Assembly (NCBI RefSeq): GCF_009914755.1
Contig: NC_060933.1
Length of the DNA stretch: 64,000 nucleotides
Strand: one strand, 5' to 3'
Source of the DNA: the human T2T-CHM13v2.0 reference genome, Homo sapiens
Shown: positions 57,197 to 64,000 of the stretch, piece after piece
Layout: each line of letters starts with the position of its first letter
Position numbering within the stretch: the first letter of the stretch is position 1
Position numbers and translations under genes: made by a program
Notes under the pieces: generated by a model
The model's database searches: none
The model's input: only the letters and a program-made list of their open reading frames with translations
Told to the model about the DNA's origin: nothing

Positions 57197-60100
57197 TTAA
57201 CTAGAAAGCAAAATTTCATAATCACATAAGAGACTAGTATATCACAAATTGAACTGAAATTGTGATTATTTCACACATAAACACTAAATATAACAAAATC
57301 AATTACTTCCCGTACCTGCTGATTAGATTATTTAACATCACAATATTGAGAATTAAAGGAACTGACCATAATAAAAAAAAGTTAGTGATGGAATCATGTA
57401 CAAATTCAGAACAGAAAGACAATGCTATTTGCAGAGAAAATAAATTTGGAGGGATAGAATAGTATGTTTGTAACCTTATAGAAAACAAGTATTCAGTAGT
57501 GGGAAGAAATGCATCTAAATAAGCATAAGGTTTTCACAGCTGACACTTCCATTAGATTTTCCTTGTAGAAGGAAAGAAAAATGGCAAGAGAATTGCATAA
57601 CTCAAAAGCCCTAATGTATCACTATGCTGTTTTCTAATTAACAGTGCTAAGTACAGGGGGGTTGGAGGGGGGGAGGAAAATAAAAGCATGAGGAAGATAA
57701 ATGCTTTTATCATAGTCCAAAATTTTACAGGTAATGCCTTTGGAAAAAAGTAAGATAGCACATTTTTTCTTGTGCGCCCCACATGCCCTTCAGCAGAGCA
57801 TATACAGCTTCTTAGAATGGGCTCTGTTGGGTCCATCCACCCAGAAGTCCTGCCACTGAGATTGGGTTCCCATGTGGACAAAGGATGTCTCGGAAAACTG
57901 TACAATCTCTGTTCCAAAGCAGTTGTCCATCCTGCATCCCTTCATAGTTTTCTTTACCAGCATTTGCAATGGCAGCGGAGTCTCCCATGAAATTCAATGA
58001 GCTGCTCAGAGGATTCCTTCTCTAAGCCTTTAAGATAGAAGTTGCTAGAGCAACATTTAATGTTATTTCTACATGGCATCATCTTCTCTCTAATGCAGCA
58101 TCAGTACTAAATTCATACTCTTATATACAGGGCTAAAGCACAACTGAGCTGTTGATTTGACCTGTCTCAATGGTGTTAACTGTTATAAGCCCCCATGTGT
58201 TGAACCATAATTAATCTTGACTCTGCCAATGACTCAGATGTCTATAAGCTGTGCTAAATTCTGGTTGGTCCTCAGTACTTCAGTCTTGCACCTCCCTCTT
58301 CTCTCACAAGGGAGGTTTAGGCAAGCATGTGGCACCGAAGGCAGTAATTGCCTAATACTCGTGACAGTGCACATTTTACAAGGAGCAACATGAGCCATGG
58401 TTGAGGGGCACAAAGAAACTGCATCCTGTTTCAGTAATGGTGAATATCAGATGGAATCATTTCTGGGTGTTCATGCATTGTCCACATGAAAAGAGCACCC
58501 ACCATGCCTCAGAGACCCTCAGGTCCAGGTGGGCCTCTGCATTCTCACACCACAAAGGTAACATTTGCAGTTTTGCCTTTCAGCTAAACATGAAAAATTC
58601 CCAATGTCTAGTCTCAAATATTTTTCTTTTCAAACAAGTAGAAAAGGCTAGTGGCTACCTCTTTGTAACAAAAATGAGCTTAGCAGCGTAGACAGCCAGT
58701 CTTTTTCTTTGTAAAAAGCCTGTTCGCTAAACTATTCATAGGCCATGATTTTTCTCCAGACACTGAATACTTTCATTGATAATATCTCTTGGCAGAAAGA
58801 GGGTAAAATGCTCTTCACTGGACATTTGAAACCAACTTTTCCTACACTTTAGAGAGCAAAAAAGGAGAATTTACTTTCCTTCTCTTTTTGTGTTCAACTT
58901 TGGCCAACATTCAGAAGGCTCTTTTGTGGGGGAGCATCTGGGAATTTTAGAGAGTGCTGACCAATACTCCCTGAGAAAAAGTGGGACAACCTTGACCATG
59001 GGTAGAGCATGAGGTCTGCATTTAGAAAAAATGGTGTGAGTGGGACACTGTGACCTGGAGAAAGTTACATGATTTCTTTGATCCTCAGTTTTCCTCATCT
59101 ATAAAATGGAGACAACAGCAATACCTGCAACACAGCATTGTTGTCATGATTTTGGGGGTACTATGCTTTGCTCCAAGAAGAGAGACCTGTCCAGGGTTGA
59201 TTCTGGTACTAAAAGTTCAGATGAAGGCTCAGATGAGGGGACTATGAAATTGGTCTCCCTTTGTGTTGGGGATGATAGGAACCCACAAGCCCTGGCTGGC
59301 CACTAACAAGATATATAGGAAGCTTATTTAACATTTTGGAACCTCTTCTATGTCACATGGATAATTCCAGCTACTTTGAAGAGTTGTTGGGATAATCAAA
59401 CCAGATGATTCAGATAAAGCACCTGGCTTTATCTGACTCTGTGAGGAAAGTACTACTTTTATATCCATTTTTCCAGTGAAGAAATTGAGGCAGAGAGATG
59501 CAGCAATACATTCTAAAGCCAGGGTTTGAACTTGAACAGTCTGGCTTCAGAGTTCACACTCTTACCCACTCTGCTAAATTGCCATTAAAACATTAGATGT
59601 TATTGATATGAAATACCCTTGTTATGGGCAGTACTATCTAAGCATGCCCAGGAGTATCCTGGCATTTGGACAGAGCTGGCTCCCAGAGACAGGTCTTGGA
59701 ACCAGTTCATCCTAATTCTTTCCCCCTATCATTCCCCTCTTCTAGTCCCCACATGCGCAGGAATGAATACTCTGCTATGTCTTCTTCTTTTCTCCTTGCG
59801 GTAAAGGATGAAGGTAGGACATTAGGAAGACACCAGAATCTGAGAAATGGCTATACAGCAAAGAAATGTAAGCACAAGACTCCTCACTTAAGAATCTGTG
59901 CTGCAAAGACAAATGGATGAGACTTTTCAAGGACACCTTCCTTATTTCTCTTGCTCATGGATCCCATTGTTAACCTGGAAAGCACTGGAAGTTTTAGTCA
60001 GATGATGGGTGGTAAGAATTCCTACATATGGATTGCCAGCTAGTTAGCGTTTCAGTAAAAAAGTAATTTAATTTGTGTGTAGCTTTGCTACTTAATTACC

Positions 60101-61602
60101 TTCTCAAAGGTGAAACGCTACATCATTGTTAGCAAAAAGACTGAGAATCGTTTCTATATCTTATTATTAGCAGATTAATCATCTCCCTTGCAAAGTCACA
60201 GAAAATTGGGAGGAAAACAAAAGAGAAACAGAACATTAAGAAGTCTTCCCATCATTCATGATTAAATTGGATTTTTTCATTGAGTAGAAAAGTATAAGAC
60301 ACAATAGAAAGAATGCAGGTATAACACATGAATTAGGAATTCTCCAATATATCATGCATAATTACTATATTGTGAGCTTCGCTTTATCATGCTTTTATTC
60401 AGGTCTTTAGTGTGAACATCATATATTAGATTTTTAAATTTATTTTATTGGAGAGGGCATTTCGACGTTTAATACTGGTTTGTTTCCTAAACAAATTCCT
60501 TTTCTTTGTTTGAAGGTTTTGAACTACTCTATATGAAGCTTTATATTTTGCTTCAACATCCAACTCAGTTATCTCAGAATAGTTATCCTCATTGTTAGAA
60601 AGCATGAAATAGTTTCGATGTGCTGTGTTTCTAGCTGACCCTTCAATTCTTCTTTAATACAAAACTTTAACAGACATCATGTCTTAAAATCTTTTCTTTT
60701 TAAATATGCTTTGGAAGTCTCATGCACGCTTAGAAAAGATGGCTTCTATGGCCCCCAGAAAACCTCTCTGTATATTCTTTTCTAAAGGTAGAATGGTCAC
60801 ATAACCATGACTGAGTTTGTGAAGGGCTGGCTATTTTCTTTCTTGTCTTTCTGCATTATCAGTCATGTGTGATGTGTAATAGGGAAGTGTTTTTCAAAGG
60901 CTAATAATTAAAAGACATCATATTCAAGACAGAAATGAGGACACTCACATTGAACAAAGTATAATGATTACCCTCAAAGAATAAAGCAACTACTAATTTT
61001 GAAAGTTAAATATACAGTCAATAAAGCATCAAAATAATAAAAACAAGTCTGTAAATATTGCTTTAAAAAATTAAGTCATTTCATTTAAGCAGGATTCAAT
61101 GTTTTTCACAAAGTCTTTGCTACAAATGTTAGTCCCCAAACTACTTTGAATCTTCTTACTATGTCCTCCCCACCAGCTATCGAATCAAGTTCTCCAGGCA
61201 GGAAGATTTACAAGCACATACACACACACAGGGTATATTAAACCCATTTCCAAAAAGCCTTGGAAAGTGCTATTGCAATCTCCTCTTCAGCAGGTCAGCT
61301 TAACAGAAGGACAACCACTCAGACCAGTATTTGCAAGATTAGGAAAAAGGGTCCACTAACTTTATAGGAACAAATTACAAGAAAAGTTTCACAATGCTTC
61401 TCATTGTCACCCTCTCTTGTTTCAAATGTATACCCTGTCTTCATCAGAACAAACATCCCCAACCCAAAGGTACTAAATTCATAAGTTCGTTTTGCCCTTT
61501 CCCTCCAAGCCTCCCTCGGTGTTGATCTTTGGTCTTCCTCTAGGTCCCCAGATCCAATATTGAGAAGTTGAACAAGAGAAAAGTTAGCTGAAATCATTTT
61601 AC

Positions 61603-61716
61603 CTGAGCACTGATTCTGGGTGCTGGCAAAAGCAGTCCCCGGAGCAGCTCCTGTTGCTTTCATTTTGCTGCAGCTAGGGCTGGTCATTCCGTTAATAATG
61701 CTCTTATGACCGCCCA
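61603..61716 (-). other. Candidate 114-nt non-coding or uORF-bearing 5' exon
   Basis: Minus strand: gactttttttttccag|TGGGCGG...AGTGCTCAG|gtaaaa. Clean acceptor and donor, but no transcript evidence available. Confidence 0.4.
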
Positions 61717-61779
61717 CTGGAAAAAAAAAGTCACTTGTTCGGCTCTTCCCCCAAGAGACGTTTCAAGTAAGCAATGAAC

Positions 61780-61990
61780 TTGGGCAGATTAGCCCCTTGG
61801 AATGTGCTGCTTCGGGATTAGCCTCACTAAGAATCCCATGGACATTCCCTCCCAGCCCTCAAACACTGCTTGATTTGAACATCTAATCTGACGCCAGAAG
61901 AAAAACAAATCCCCGGAGAGATCGGATTTAACTGGCACAGGTCCTAACAGGCTCCCCCGCCCTCCCTCCCTTTTTCTTTTTCCATTTTCA
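61780..61990 (-). promoter_or_regulatory. TRPM3: Candidate internal TRPM3 promoter / first-exon region
   Basis: Locally raised CpG, GC-box CCCCGCCC at 61955-61962, and K50-homeodomain motifs at 61786-61791, 61815-61820 and 61884-61889. Lies about 4.7 kb upstream of the first coding exon in the window. I recall TRPM3 transcripts starting near here, but this is unverified. Confidence 0.55.
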
Positions 61991-63129
61991 GAGAGAAAGC
62001 TTGTGAAAGTGTGATAAGGTGTTCTGAGTTCTGAAAGTTCAACTTTGGAAAGCAAATCCTTCTAAAGAAACAGTGTATGAATGATCCTAGTGGTTGGAGC
62101 ACACAAGCGGCATTGTTCCACCATCCCCAAAGAATGGAATGGTAGCATTTCTTTAAAGAGAAACTGCTAAAATCTCTGAATGTTTCAGTAGAATATTTTG
62201 GTCCCTGAACATGGGCCTAAGAAGAATGAAGTTGGAGTTTGTCGGGGACCTTCGAGAACTTCTAAAATGTCAATAATAAAACTTCTCCGATCATACTTCT
62301 TATCCTGCTGCCCCTCTAGCAATTGCAAATGTATGATTAGAAACCTACAGTCCTGCTTCCTTATTAAAAAGAGGTGAGCTGTGACCACGGTGGCCTATGG
62401 ATGCAGATCAAAAGTTGTGATGCCCTGATATGTTTATTTGGGGTGGCCCAATGGAGAGATTCCAGCTGGTATTCAGTCACATAGAAAGGGCTCTTTCATA
62501 TATCATCCAAGAGTGAATATTTTAGATAATAGTATTCTTGATTGGATAAGTGAACAAACTGGGAGATAAAAGAGCTTAAATTTCAAGAAGGCAAAAATAC
62601 TTTTTAAAAAGTGAGTATATGAGCACTTCATCTCCAAAGGACTTTTCTCTTCCCAAACACAGAAATAAGTGCTAAGAGATGGCACTCTTCCCTTTTCTTG
62701 TGGATGGTAAATCTGTGAGGGCAATGGGGCTTTGGTTTTCATTTTTCCGTAATCCTCTGTTAATGCGCCTAGTACGTGTCATGTGGACACTCAATAAGCA
62801 TAATACTGGGAAACGAATGACTTATTTCAAACTTGAATTCGGTCCTGAGCCATCTTTTTAGCCCTCTGCTCTTTCCAGGGTCAATCTTCTTCAAACTCCC
62901 ACATTTTCTGGTCTGTAACTTGCAAGGTTTCCCCAGAGAAAGAAACAATAAACTACCTAGTGACTTTCAGTTGGGGAAACATTATGATAAATAAGAACCA
63001 AATGAAACATCAAACTTAGTTTTAGCTTTAAACACATGATGGAGGAAGTCCCTTTGCCTGTCTTCAGGAGTTGGCTACAGAATAACACTTGGTGACAGCC
63101 TTAATGACATATATAAACTTGCTTCTCTG

Positions 63130-63560
63130 CAGCTGTAACACTCCCAAGCACTTATTCCAAAGGAATCATCAGAGATGTGAGCACACAGAGATGTTCACTG
63201 CAGTGTTATTTATAATACAGAAAAAGTGGAAACAAATGAAGTCTATCAACAGGAGATGAATCAAATAAACAGTATTTCATGCCATTTGGTGGTGATAATC
63301 AGGTTTCAAAAGACTGCTTAATTACGTAGAGAAATAAACATTTTCATGTTGCTATGTGAAAAAAGCAGGCCATAAAACAGTAAGGGTGGAAAAATTATAA
63401 ATTTTAAATAGATACAGAGGTGATAGGTAGGAAACATTTTTAAGGTGGTAACTATGTAGATAATTTTTATTCTATTCTTTTTGCTTTTCCATGTTTTCCA
63501 AAGTTTTCTCCTGTAACCATATGTTTATAGTCAGAAAACTATATTTTATATAGTCAGAAA
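63130..63560 (+). mobile_element. Ancient L1ME-type 3' fragment (approximate ends)
   Basis: agatgttcactgcagtgttatttataatacagaaaaagtggaaacaa...gtctatcaacaggagatg. Confidence 0.6.
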
Positions 63561-64000
63561 ATATTTTTTTTCAACTGTCAAGCTTAACCATATGATAATA
63601 GGAGGTTATTACGGATGAGTATCTCAGGAAGAGACAAAGCAAGGAGAATTAAGTAAAAAGATAGAGGGATCAGTGGGGAAGATTTGGAAAAGAAAGTTTT
63701 ATAATGTGGAGGGTGAGTTTTCTAGAGAAACAAAGGGAGAAGAGGAGGAAAGTGGGGGAAATGAGAAGGTGGGAGCTGAGTGGGTGGGCAGGGAAACACC
63801 TGAAAGATACACTGAGCTAGTAGGCTGTAGTGGGTCTGTGAGACTAAATAAATTGATTGTAGATAATATTCTCAATGTAAGAAATATTTTAACAGTTCAT
63901 CTTTTTCAACTTCCTTCTTCACTAGATACTACTCCAACCCTTCATCTGAATTACTTTAAACACTGAGTTACATGTATACGGAGTCTTTAAATATTGCTTA

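Noticed and set aside
60719-60735. PAX6-like motif tgcacgcttag
   Set aside because: Only a partial match to the paired-domain consensus; not distinguishable from chance without a PWM scan and ChIP data.
61319-61717. 132-aa minus-strand ORF as an alternative TRPM3 N-terminus
   Set aside because: It has a non-ATG start, runs past the candidate donor, and is out of frame with the next TRPM3 exon. Kept only as a uORF hypothesis.

Overview
Human (or great-ape) genomic DNA, AT-rich and mostly intronic. It lies inside the TRPM3 cation-channel gene, which is transcribed on the minus strand. Six coding exons can be placed to the base with AG/GT boundaries and consistent phases: 57127-57048, 55728-55524, 39526-39313, 36067-35943, 20884-20713 and the optional 75-nt cassette exon 4114-4040. 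Together they encode part of the N-terminal melastatin-homology region. The intronic microRNA MIR204 is at 2845-2954 (minus). A candidate internal promoter and a candidate non-coding 5' exon lie at about 61.6-62.0 kb. The remainder is typical primate interspersed repeat: Alu, L1, L2, MIR, MaLR LTRs, Tigger3 and hAT MERs. The most interesting unexplained structure is a 6 x 67-bp minisatellite that directly abuts the MIR204 hairpin; on the transcript it is G-rich and partly resembles the miR-204 3p arm. There are also three local duplications with mechanistic signatures, and an inverted-Alu arrangement that could favour exon circularisation. No prokaryotic-type system (CRISPR, operon) is present. 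Gene and repeat identities come from recalled sequences, not database searches, and the ends of ancient repeats are approximate.
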